From positions 45,508,001-45,572,000 of the forward strand of contig NC_043003.1 of the NCBI RefSeq assembly GCF_006345805.1: 64,000 bases of DNA, written 5' to 3'. Source of the DNA: Octopus sinensis (taxonomy: Eukaryota). A model generated the notes under the pieces. It worked only from the letters and a program-made list of their open reading frames with translations, was not told the origin of the DNA and did not search any database. Of the stretch, positions 50,348 through 61,487 are shown piece after piece. Made by a program: the position numbers and the translations under genes. Position 1 is the first letter of the stretch; each line of letters starts with the position of its first letter.

Positions 50348-51574
50348 CAGTGCAGCGAGCTGGCAGAAACGTTAGCACGCCGACACCACCCATACCCTTG
50401 GAGTCCCATCCTTCCCCTGCAAACAGTGATTCCACCCACTCCCCGCCTACAAGAAAATCAAAAACAAACACACAGAGCAAAGAAAGTCCCAAGACCCATT
50501 TTTTATGTGTTATACATGGGAAAGACATACAAAACGTTAAAAAACGGGTGTTAACCAAGTGGTACGAACACGAAGATTGTAGCTACACGGCTGTGGATAG
50601 TGAGGATACGGGTATATTGGCGAGAAGGTTTGAGGAAGAGGGTGTGTGTTGGAGGTCAGTGGAAATGAAAGATGAATGGATAGAGATGGCTAAAAGAAAA
50701 ACGAATGTTGTGATAGGAAAGAAAGGAATGCTAATTGGAAATGGGTGAAGAAGGACAGATAAGTGATGCTGGCGGATGGGGCCGTCGGTATCACTCTCAT
50801 ATATCATTTTCATATTCCATTTTGCTCATATATATGTAATTGTGATGTTCTATGTCCCCAATGTTTGTAATGTCCCCTCTATGTAGCCCCTAGTGGGTAA
50901 TAAAGAAATCAGAAACGTTAGCACGCCGGGCGAAATGCTCAGCAGTATTTCGTCTGTCGCTATGTTCTGAGGTCGACTTGCCTTTCATCCTTTCGGGTTC
51001 GATTAAATAAGTACCAGCTACACACTGTGGTAGATATAATCGACTTAATCCGTGTGTCTGTCCTTGTTTGTCGTCTCTGTGTTTAGTCCCCTGTGGATAG
51101 TAAAGAAATAGGTATTTCGTCGGCCGGAAAGCGGCGAGCTGGCAGAAACGTTAGCACGTCGGACGAATTACGTAGCCGTATTTCCTCTGCCGTTACGTTC
51201 TGAGTTCAAATTCCGCCGAGGTCGACTTTTCCTTTCATCCTTTCGGGGTCGATTAATTAGGTAACAGTTACGCACTGGGGTCGCTGTAATCGACTTAATA
51301 CTTATGCCTGTCCTTGTTTGTCCCCTCTGTGTTTAGCCCCTTGTGGGTAATAAAGAAATAGGTATTTCGTCTGCCTCTACGTTCTGAGTTCAAATTCCGC
51401 CGAGGTCGACTTTGCCTTTCATCCTTTCGGGGTTAATAAATTAAGTACCAGTTACGCACTGGGTCGATATAATCGACTTAATCCGTTTGCCTGTCCTTGT
51501 TTGTCCCCTTTGTGTGTAGCCCCTTGTGAGCAGTAAAGAAATAAGTATTGCTCTCTGTGGGCAATAAAGAAATA
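50348..51574 (+). mobile_element. Nested SINE A composite with an inserted ORF-bearing retroelement
   Basis: Outer TSD AATAT(T/C)TATGAGCAT (50333-50347 and 51575-51589); inner TSDs at 50364/50910 and 51111/51361. Confidence 0.9.
50383..50909 (+). mobile_element. 5'-truncated retroelement: 121 open codons, 3' UTR and a SINE A-type tail
   Basis: Flanked by CAGAAACGTTAGCACGCCG twice; frame open to the stop at 50748; ends GTCCCCTCTATGTAGCCCCTAGTGGGTAATAAAGAAAT. Confidence 0.8.
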
Positions 51575-51928
51575 AATATCTATGAGCATGGAAAACGGTG
51601 AACCGGCAGAGAATTTACCGTACTCCGGGAAAAATGTTTACCGGCATTTCGTCAGTTCTGAGTTCAAGTACCGATGGGGTTTGACTTTGCCTTTATCCTC
51701 TCAGATAAAATAAAATGCAGTTCTGAATTGGGATGAATGTCATCGACTAACTCTTTCCCTCAAGTTTTCTTACTCTGTGCCCACTAAATTAGTAATCAGT
51801 AATTCTAAGATTGCTCTTTGTAGTGCTGCCTAAATTGCTTCCTCTGGAGGTAAGATATAACTCGTATAAAGACATATAAGACGTGAGCGTAGGTTTCGTG
51901 TAGAAAGAGGTAAAAAAAAAACTGAAGT

Positions 51929-52146
51929 TACGAGGCGGTGCTGAAAAGTTTCTGCTGTGGATGGATAAAAGAAAATTCAGTAGAATCAGTTAACTATGAT
52001 TTTATTCGACATAACCCCGCTCAGAATCACATACTTATTGCAGCGGTCCTTCAGTTTTTCTAAGCCCTGTAAATGAATCGGAAGGCTGGGGCTCCAGTTA
52101 GGCCTTATGCGACAGTTAGGCCTTAACTTTTCAGCACTCCCTCGCA
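51929..52146 (-). mobile_element. Mariner-derived MITE
   Basis: TIRs CGAGGCGGTGCTGAAAAGTT and AACTTTTCAGCACTCCCTCG (18/20), TA on the left; minus strand QGLEKLKDRCNKYVILSG resembles the mariner transposase C-terminus. Confidence 0.8.
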
Positions 52147-52288
52147 TGTGATCGAATGTAGGAGTTAATAGATGGAGTGTCTGTGAGAGAAAGTGCGATA
52201 TTGTGCCATTGAAAGGTAAAGTAAGAGTGATGGGTCGCAAGAAGTTTCGCTGAGAGAAATAGGAAAGAGACAGAGGGTGAAAAATAAT

Positions 52289-53070
52289 CCTTACTATTCT
52301 AGGCACAAGGCCCGAAATTTGGGGGGAGGGGACCAGTCGATTAAATCGACCCTAGTGTTTCACTGGTACTTAATTTATCGATCCCGTAAGGATGAAAGGC
52401 AAAGTCAGCCCCAGTGACATTTGAACTGAGAACGTAAAGACAGGCGAAATACCGCTTAAGTATTTTGACCGGCATGCTAATGATTCATTTCTACTCTAGG
52501 CACAATGCCCGAAATTTGTGGGGAGGGGGCCAGTCGATTAGATCATCCCCAGTACACAACTGGTACTTAATGTATCCATCCCGAAAGGATGAAAGGCAAA
52601 GTCGACCTCGGCAAAATCTGAACTGAGAACGTAGCGGCAGATGAAATACCTATTTCTATTTCGTTACTATCCACAAGGGGCTAAACATAGTGGACAAACA
52701 AGGACAGACAAAGGGATTAAGTCGATTACATCGATCCCAGTGCGTAACTGGTACTTAATTTATCGACCCCGAAAGGATGAAAGGCAAAGTCGACCTCGGC
52801 AGAATTTGAACTCAGAACGTAACGATAACGAAATACCTATTTCTTTACTACCCACAATGGGCTAAAAACAGAGGGGACAAACAAGGATAGAAAAACGGAT
52901 TAAGTCGATTATATCGACCCCAGTCTGTAACTGTTACTTATTTAATCGACCCCGAAAGGATGAAAGGCAAAGTCGGCCTCGGCAGAATTTGAACTCACAA
53001 CGTAACGACAGACGAAATACGGCTACGCATTTCGCCCGGCGTGCTAACGTTTCTGCCAGCTCGCCGCCTT
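52289..53070 (-). mobile_element. Four-unit SINE A array in one TSD
   Basis: Junctions at about 52486, 52650 and 52837; flanks AGAGGGTGAAAAATAAT (52272) and AGAGGGTAAAAAAATAAT (53071). Confidence 0.9.
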
Positions 53071-53442
53071 AGAGGGTAAAAAAATAATGGGCTGGCGACA
53101 ACGGAGGGTGGGATTGATCGAATAGAGAAAGAAAGAGGATAATTGTGAAGGAATAAATAGTAAGTTAGAAGAGTTGAATGATAAAGAGAAAGAGCACGGA
53201 AATGACATAGACTGAAAAAGAAAATATGAATGTGAAGGAAGTACATATATGATAAATAATGGAGTGACACCATTGTACCTGTTGCTTTATCTGTCTATAC
53301 GTTCCGATATATGCGCCTCCGTGTTTATACAATGAGTAAACTGTGACGTTGTGTGTGCGTATGTATATATGTTTGCATAGAAATCTATATTCAGTACACA
53401 AACATTGTGTGTGTCTGAGTGTGTGTGTGCGCACGCCTGTAC

Positions 53443-53488
<46 letters not shown>

Positions 53489-54077
53489 TCTGTCTGTCTG
53501 TCTGTATGTATGTATGTATGAATATATAACATATACATATAGCATTCATCATGCACACAATTAAGCTCACGCATATTCACATATGTATATACGTTCCACT
53601 TTGAGTTTGTGTATTAATATGACTTTATATATATATCAATGCGATATAACTATATATATATATATAACTATATATATGTATATACATATGTACATTTTGT
53701 ATATATGTAAAAGAGCGTATGTGTATGTATATGTGTGTATGTCCGGATGTGCCTATTCTTTCATTCGCCATACATTCATGCATGCACCTACACACATACA
53801 CACGCACACCCACACCCGAACAATCGCATTGATAAAGGCTCTTAATAAAGAGCAGAATACAAGTAAAAAGGGAGTAAGTTTAAGAGAGGAAGATATAAAT
53901 AAAAACTTGAACAAGAGGGTGTGGGAGACGGTTAAGAGATCATTTGTGAAGTCTGAATTGTGGCACTTTTTAAAAGGTGGGTGTGAAAGCTTTTAGCGAG
54001 TTACGTTGTTGATTAGGTGAGGAAATATCAGGGTTAACAGAGATAGGATGGTGGGGAAGAAACAAGTAGGAACGCAT

Positions 54078-54500
54078 AGTGGTGGTGGTGGTGGAGGAAG
54101 CGGCGGTGGCTGCGGGAGAGGCAGTGCAGTTAGCGGGGGGGGCAGTTGTGGTAGTGGTGGCCTGGTGTTGGTGGCGGTGGTGGTGGTGGTGGTCTTGGTG
54201 GTGGTAATGGTTATTCCGGTAATGGCGTTGGAGGGCAGACTCCGATGTGGTGATGGTGGCAGCGGCGCTGGTAACGGTGGCAGCGGTGGTGATAGTAATG
54301 GAGATAATGGTCGTGGTGTTGGCAACGGGGAGGAGGAGGAGGTGTTGTTTCCGTCATTGTCGTCGTCCTCCTCCTGATAATGCTCCTGGTACTGGTGAGA
54401 GTGATGATACTGCTGACGGTAGCGGTGGTAACGGCAGTACAGCGGCACTAGTTTTATAATGGCGATGTTGCTGATGATTGTGGACGTGGCGAGAGTATAT
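54078..54500. repeat. Degenerate (GGT/GGC)n low-complexity tract
   Basis: Direct reading; gives the poly-G/P ORFs. Confidence 0.8.
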
Positions 54501-54663
54501 TAGTGGTAATTAGAATCAGTAATATTGGTTGCGGCTATTGATGTTGGTTTTTGGTAGATAGGTCAGCTGTAATCTAGCAGAACTATGATCATATCTTTTT
54601 TGTTTCCTAAGTCTATTGGAAACCAAGAGCAATGAACGCGTGGTTCTTTTTAAGACAGTGGGG

Positions 54664-54912
54664 CAGGGGTTCTCAACCGGGGTCCGTAAGGCCCTAGGAT
54701 TCATATAAGATTTTTTGTTAAAATTTATCTACAGTAAATTGATTATGCTTCAAGGATAAGCAAAATATTTTAACAGTCTTTTATACAATTCCTAATAATA
54801 TCTACTAAAAATATAATAGGAGTTTTCCAAAACGTTGACTGGCAGTAAGGGTCAAGCAAAGAAGAATAGGAATCAAAGGGGTCCTTAGGTGAGAAATGGT
54901 TGAAAAACACTG
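54664..54912. mobile_element. hAT (Charlie-like) MITE
   Basis: TIRs CAGGGGTTCTCAACC and GGTTGAAAAACACTG; 8-bp TSD CAGTGGGG/CAGTGTGG. Confidence 0.8.
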
Positions 54913-55533
54913 CAGTGTGGTGTGATATGAGAGAGACTATGCAACTATTTGTACCGGATCAATTAACCACGCAAAGCACCTACGATGTGGTGACGATGTT
55001 GGTGAAAACGGAGCTAGAAGTGCGCTAATAGGGTTAATAGATACGATTTTAGGAAACAGTTTCCATCTACGCAATGACCATCTTTTGTTTTATTTATCAT
55101 TATTTTTTTTTTTGTTATTATTGTTGCTGCTGCTGCTGCTGAATTTTGTTGTTGTCAACATCGGTATCAAAGGGTGGGGCATTTTCTAGTGGAGGCGATA
55201 TTTCAAGATTGCCTGTTTTCTTAAGCACTAGAACGAGTCGCCCACCACCCTTCTATTTTCGTATTATGGCACCACCCCCACCCAATGCCTTGTTTTCTTT
55301 CTTTCCTTCTTCCTCTTATTTCTCTCTGTCGCCATCTTTGAGAGGAAATCTTTTTACACGATAAAACAAGATAAACACAACACAGAGACATCGGGTGTGA
55401 CAAGTAATTATGTAAAATAACATTTTTTTTTGAATGCGCAGTTTTATGTTTGTATGCGTGTGTATGTGCGTGTGCACACATACACACACACATACATACA
55501 TACAAACATATATATATATATATATATACATAT

Positions 55534-55800
55534 GAAGGTGCAATGCCCCAGTGGTTAGGGCAGCGAACTCGCGGTCATTAGATCACGGTTTCGATTCCCA
55601 AACAGGGCGTCGTGAGTGTTTATTGAGCGAAAACACCTAAAGCTCCACGAGGCTCCGGCAGGGGGTGGTGATGATCCCTGCTGTACTCTTTCGCCACGAC
55701 TTAGCCAGCGGGGTGGCGTCACTTGAAGGATAAAACAATGCGAAATGCATTGTGACCAGCGATGTATGGCAACATCTGATAGCCTGGTCGGTCACGGTAA
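55534..55800 (+). mobile_element. SINE C with a third type of 3' end
   Basis: Family C head; tail ...GCATTGTGACCAGCGATGT...GGTCGGTCACGGT. Confidence 0.85.
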
Positions 55801-55824
55801 TAATATATATATATTCTGTTATTC

Positions 55825-56150
55825 TTACACACGTTTCAGTCGAAGAGATCGACCCCAGGACTTATTCTTTGTAAGCCTAGTACTTATTCTATTCGTCTCT
55901 TTTGCCAAACACACCAACATCGGTTGTCAAGCGGTAGTGGGGGAACAAACACAGACACACACACATAAATATATATATACATATACAAATATATATGTAT
56001 GACGGGCTTCTATCAGTTTCCGTCTACCAAAGCCGCTCACAAGGCTTTAGTCGGCCCGAGGGTAGTAGAAGACACTTGCAGCAAATGTCATGCAGTAGTA
56101 CCAAACCCTGATCCATGTGGTTGGGAAGCAAGCTTCTTAGCACACACGCC
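55825..56150 (-). mobile_element. SINE B, diverged
   Basis: GACCCCAGGACTTATTCTTTGTAAGCC...CAGTTTCCGTCTACCAAA. Confidence 0.85.
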
Positions 56151-56237
56151 ACGTCTCTCTCTTACTCATATATATATATATATATATATATAGATATATA
56201 TTTTGTGTGTTGGTGTGTGTACATACATATATAGACT

Positions 56238-56279
<42 letters not shown>

Positions 56280-56850
56280 TATGTGTGTGTGTGTACATAT
56301 ATATATATATATAATATATATATATATATAATATACATACATATAGTATGTATGTATGGATGTATGTGTATACATACATACAACACTTAGATGTGTATGC
56401 GACCGCGTGTGCATATATTCTTTTATATGTGCACACGTGTGTGTGTGTGCATACATGGATATATACGCACACACACGCACGCACAACTGCATACTGAAAT
56501 AGAAACCGGAAGAAAGAGATAGAGAGAAGAAAAGAGAGAGAGAGGATTTGTTTGGAAAGTGAGTGTCGTGTAACGACTTTCCCTATACTACTCCTGGGAC
56601 GAAAAAAGACCTTGTTCTCTGTTGAAAACTGCAATATTAATTTGTCTTACGCGAAACAGAAGTCCAATTGTTCAGGAAATAACCAGCCCGATAACACTGA
56701 ATTCACTAATACTTTATTCCTGTTTATTTTAGAATCAAATGTTAGAAGGAGGAGCAACGTCGATTCACGGCGAACTTTCGTTTCGTTTCATTTCAGGATG
56801 TATCTGAACAAAAATCTAGTTATATATTCAAATGAAACGGTGCCTTTTAA

Positions 56851-57072
56851 CCCTTTTGATACCAACCCGGCCAAAACCGCCTCTGGCTCTGTAGTATAAA
56901 TGTCTTGTTTTCATAAATTTTGAATTAAAATCTTCCACCAAACCTTAGTCACAATTTATGTTCCTGACACTAGCTGAATGATAACCAAGTTATTTTACTA
57001 AATTATTTGTTATATTTAAAATTAATTGAAAGAAACACAGACCATCCCAAAATAAATATGGTAACGAAAGGG
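56851..57072. mobile_element. piggyBac-like MITE
   Basis: TTAA-CCCTTTTGATACC ... GGTAACGAAAGGG-(CTCA). Confidence 0.65.
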
Positions 57073-57443
57073 CTCACTTAATCACAAAAACTGTTCCATC
57101 CCAACATATTAGTGACATTTTATTCCTCATATTAGTGACATTTTATTCCTTCTTCGTCTTTACTGAAGGCATGTTGCACACGAACTTACGGTCGCGGTTT
57201 CGATGATTGGAGAGGGCAGTAAGATTTTCGGTTCACTCGGCTATATATGAGTAGCCTGGCGACGTACTGGTGTCTCGTTCATAGGTGTGTTGTGATCGCG
57301 GTCACTTATATGCAATGGAAACCTGATATTAGGCTATGAGTTCTAGAACTCAACACAATAATGTCCAGGGAACATAGTCAGTTTTAGTAATGAGAAAAAA
57401 ACAGCGTTTGCGTGGATTTAATAATAATAATAATAATAATAGA

Positions 57444-57478
<35 letters not shown>

Positions 57479-57563
57479 TAATAATAATAATAATAATAAT
57501 AATAATTATTATTATTATATATATATTATTATATTATTATTATTATCATTATTATTATTATTA

Positions 57564-57922
57564 TTTGATGGCAGTTCATGCCATCAAAGTGATACTGGGG
57601 TAAAATATACGAAGCCCAATACCCATCATGACTACCGTCTGATAAGGTACACCAGGCACATGCAATCACAACCATATGTGCGCGACATGGTGATCTCATA
57701 TCAAGATAAACAGCACATGACCTTGCAAGTGGGGCCCAGTTAGAATTTTCTTCAGGTTGAGTAGCCCATCCCGCTCAAAAGGTCCATGAATAAGGATTGT
57801 TTAAGGATGTTGAAAGAACCACCCATGTTTCCAGAGGTGAATTATTCAAACCCCAAAGAATCCCTCTCAACACATGGCTATGATGCTCCCCCACTACTTC
57901 TGCTCGTGATCAGAGATGCACA
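57564..57922 (-). mobile_element. 5'-truncated non-LTR retroelement 3' UTR within (TAA)n, probably Dong/R4-like
   Basis: 360-bp segment flanked on both sides by (TTA)n; recognised from memory as an abundant octopus repeat. Confidence 0.55.
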
Positions 57923-58479
57923 TATATTATTATTATTATTTTAGTGTTATGTTGGGCGAGTTGACGAAGTTAAAAAAGCCATCGAAACTTTAATAAACTT
58001 CGCTATTTTTCCTCCTCTTTTCACTGTCATATCTCATCCAAAGGGTGACGGGGGCTGCCATCTCCTATAAGGAACATTTCACTAAATTGTTATACTAACA
58101 GCCGCATCTGCAAGAGGCCATTTGGTATGTTTCATAAAACTTTTGTAAAACAGCATGTATTTATTTCATCCTCGCATAAACTCCTGGCGAGAGAGTAACA
58201 TTTGCCAAAAACCTCCCTCAAATAATACCATACCATTTTCGGAATCAAAATATTGGATAGCATAACCACAGCTAGAGTACCTTTGAAATTGGGCTAAATA
58301 CCAATGAAGCAACAACAACAAAAGCATAAATATCTATGCATTGCAAAGATGGAGCCATTTACATGCACACTTAACACTTAACCCTCTACGAAATAGGAGC
58401 CAATTCTTCAAAAGCACACATTTTAAAAAATGGAATGAACATTTTCGATAATCTAGCCCTAGAAATATAGCGTTTGAAA

Positions 58480-58830
58480 ATAAGAGCAAAACGCTTTGGC
58501 CTGCTCGAGCAATGCTAAATTGCAGCTCATATAGTTACAAACAGTAGCAGCATTCCACAAAATAGATCTGGCTCTCCCCCCTACCGTCATACAATGCTGT
58601 GCCTCGTCATTCGCAAATCCTACTCTAAGAATATCAGAAAAGCCCCATTTACCCAGAACTGTAATAATCTGGAACGCTATTTCTTTCCACTTTTCCACTT
58701 CGGCATCAATCACAAGAAGCTGTCATGGACACAAATTTACATCGATCTCACCAAACTAGATTTATGCGATCCACCACTTCTACACTTCGGCTGTTCGATA
58801 AACCGGTCACCTGGGAAATTCCACAGTAAC
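58480..58830 (-). pseudogene. Decayed hAT (hATm-like) transposase fragment
   Basis: EVVDRINLV / QLLVIDAEVEKWKEIAFQIITVLGKWGFSDI / ILWNA..YEL, in the order expected from VDRIxIL..QLL..A..V...L..WGL.D..LW.ACxxHxYEL. Confidence 0.4.
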
Positions 58831-59460
58831 AGTAGACTGATTTGGCCCATCGCTTTCGTTCTTACATACACGCAGGCGCGTGCACACACACACACACATA
58901 CACACACACAAACACATTTACATGCACATATATATAAATGTGCATATATGTGTATGTGTATCTATCTATCTATCTATATCTATATATATATATATATATA
59001 TATCGATATCTATCTATATGTGTGTGGGGGGGTTGTATCTATGTAGTCATATTTATCGATCTATCTCTGTATATAAACATATATATATGTATAAAGAAAA
59101 ATGTCTTTTGTGTGTGTGTGTGTGTGTAAAACACGAAGTCCTACGTCAACTTTTTTTGTTTTTATAGTTTCTCTCTGAAAGAGTAGTAGGAAGTATTAAA
59201 CAGAGAGATAGATTTGGTAGATAAATGATCGACAGAGTGGAATATGGTGAATGAATTATTGGCAGCAGTCATCCAATAGTCAGGGGAGCAGACATCGAAC
59301 GTTTATGGAAGGGTGAAAATGAAATGGGAAGGAAGTATACTGAGCACAAGGAGAATTGCAAAGAAAAAAAAAAAACAACAGAGCAAAATAGAGTTGTAAA
59401 ATAGCGAAAAGAGAATAAGGAAAAGTAATAAAAGAGTAAAAGTTTAGAGATAGAGCGAAT

Positions 59461-59462
<2 letters not shown>

Positions 59463-59523
<61 letters not shown>
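59463..59523. repeat. (GA)n microsatellite
   Basis: Direct reading. Confidence 0.95.
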
Positions 59524-59528
<5 letters not shown>

Positions 59529-59659
59529 GACAGACAGACAGAGACAGAGAGACAAACAGAGGGACAAACATAGAAAAATCAAGAATAGAATTGAAGAGGG
59601 ATGACAGACTTTGGGGAAGGTAGTGATGTGGATATAGAAATGTAGAAGGAGACAAGAAA

Positions 59660-60302
59660 TATTGGTTTCAGATTGTGGCACGAGGTTGGCAATTTCAGGA
59701 GTGGGAGCTAGTGAATTACATCGACCCCAGTCCTCAACTTGTACTTATTTTTATAGAACTCAAAAGAATGAATGGAAGGCAAAATCGATCTTGGCGTAAT
59801 TCGAACTCAGAATGTAAAGACGGACGAAATGCTGCTAAGCGGTTTGCCCGGCGCGGCAACGATTCTGCCAGCTCGCAGACTTGGAGACAAGAGATATTGG
59901 TCCTAGATTTTGGCACGAGAGCCAACAATTTCGGGCGGAGGTGGAAGCTGTTTACATCGAAACCAGTGTTTCACTGGTACTTAATTTATCGACCCTAAAA
60001 GGGATGAAAAGCAAAGTCAACCTCGGCGGAATAGGAATCCGGAATGTGAAGACGGACGAAATGCCTCTAAGCAATTTTCCCGGCGTGCTAACGATTCTTT
60101 TCTACTCTAGGCACAAGCCACGAAAATTTTGGGGGAAGGGGGGGGCGGTCGATTAGATCGACCACATTACGCAACTGGTACTTAATTTATCAATTGAAAG
60201 TATGAAAGGCAAAGTCGACCTCGGCGGAATTTGAACTCAGAACGTAAAGACAGACGAAATACCGCTGCCCGGTGTGCTAACGATTCTACCAGCTCGCCGC
60301 CT
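59660..60302 (-). mobile_element. Three SINE A (tail-2) units
   Basis: A GGAGACAAGARATATTGG-like target recurs at 59648, 59883 and 60303; internal junction at about 60097. Confidence 0.85.
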
Positions 60303-61245
60303 GGAGACAGGGAGTATTGACATATATGAGTTAGGGAGAATTACGTGCTGTGTGTGTGTAGTGGGGTGTCCACTAACATTAGTTTCACAAGTAGCATCCA
60401 GTTCAATATTTAAAAACCTAATCAAAAGCAAGTATGTATCTTATACGCATAGAGATGCTCTTTTTGTTTTCAAGAAATTCTGCCTGGCCTTGATAGATTG
60501 TTTCAGTTATAGAAATTAAAGCGACAACAGCGTGTAAAATAAAATGAGTAACAGTCTCATTACAAGACCGCTCTATCTCTTGCTCAAGAAGGCAAAGTGT
60601 ACATACATACATATATGCATTTATTGCATACATGCAAAAATATATCCATATCTGCTTGTATACACACACATATACAAACATATCAATTTATGTACAAATT
60701 TCCGCAAGGAACACGGATATATGACCTGGAAAGACGTACAGGTTATATATGTTTATTCTAATATATGTATCACTACTTATCTTCGCTGTTTCATTCGGTT
60801 TAAACTTATGTTTACATGTTAGCGCTCACAAATTCAAATTCTCTCTATTTCATTAAACGCTTTGTAAAACATTGCACTAAGTAATATCCTTGTTATATCT
60901 AAAAAGTATTCATAACAGTGAAATAGATATACATATAAACATATCCCAGATGCAATGAGAGTATAAACTTACAGTAATAACATTAGCAGAAATCTCAGAT
61001 CTCACTGACATGAAACATCCACATTTTTTAGTATTTTGTTTTATTCTATAATGAGCTAAGCAATGTGTGTGTATGTGTGTGTGTATATATGTATATATGT
61101 ATGTATGTACTTAGTTACACACACACACACACCCGCGCACACACAAAATGTATATAAGTGTATGAATACCTATCTATGTGTATATATATACATACATATA
61201 TACATACCTACATACATATATACATACGCATACATACCAATACAA

Positions 61246-61283
<38 letters not shown>

Positions 61284-61421
61284 TTCTTTACTACCCACAA
61301 GGGCCTAAACATAGAGGGGACAAACAAGGACAGAGAAAGTGCGAAACTGGTACTTCATTTATCGACCTCGAAAGGATGAAAGGGAAAGTCGACCTCGGCG
61401 GAATTTGAACTCAGAACGCAA
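61284..61421 (-). mobile_element. 5'-truncated SINE A inserted in (GATA)n
   Basis: (GATA)n on both sides. Confidence 0.85.
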
Positions 61422-61422
61422 C

Positions 61423-61487
<65 letters not shown>

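Noticed and set aside
53935-53960. AGAGATCATTTGTGAAGTCTGA resembling the bantam miRNA
   Set aside because: No complementary arm nearby, so no precursor hairpin; several mismatches to the mature sequence.
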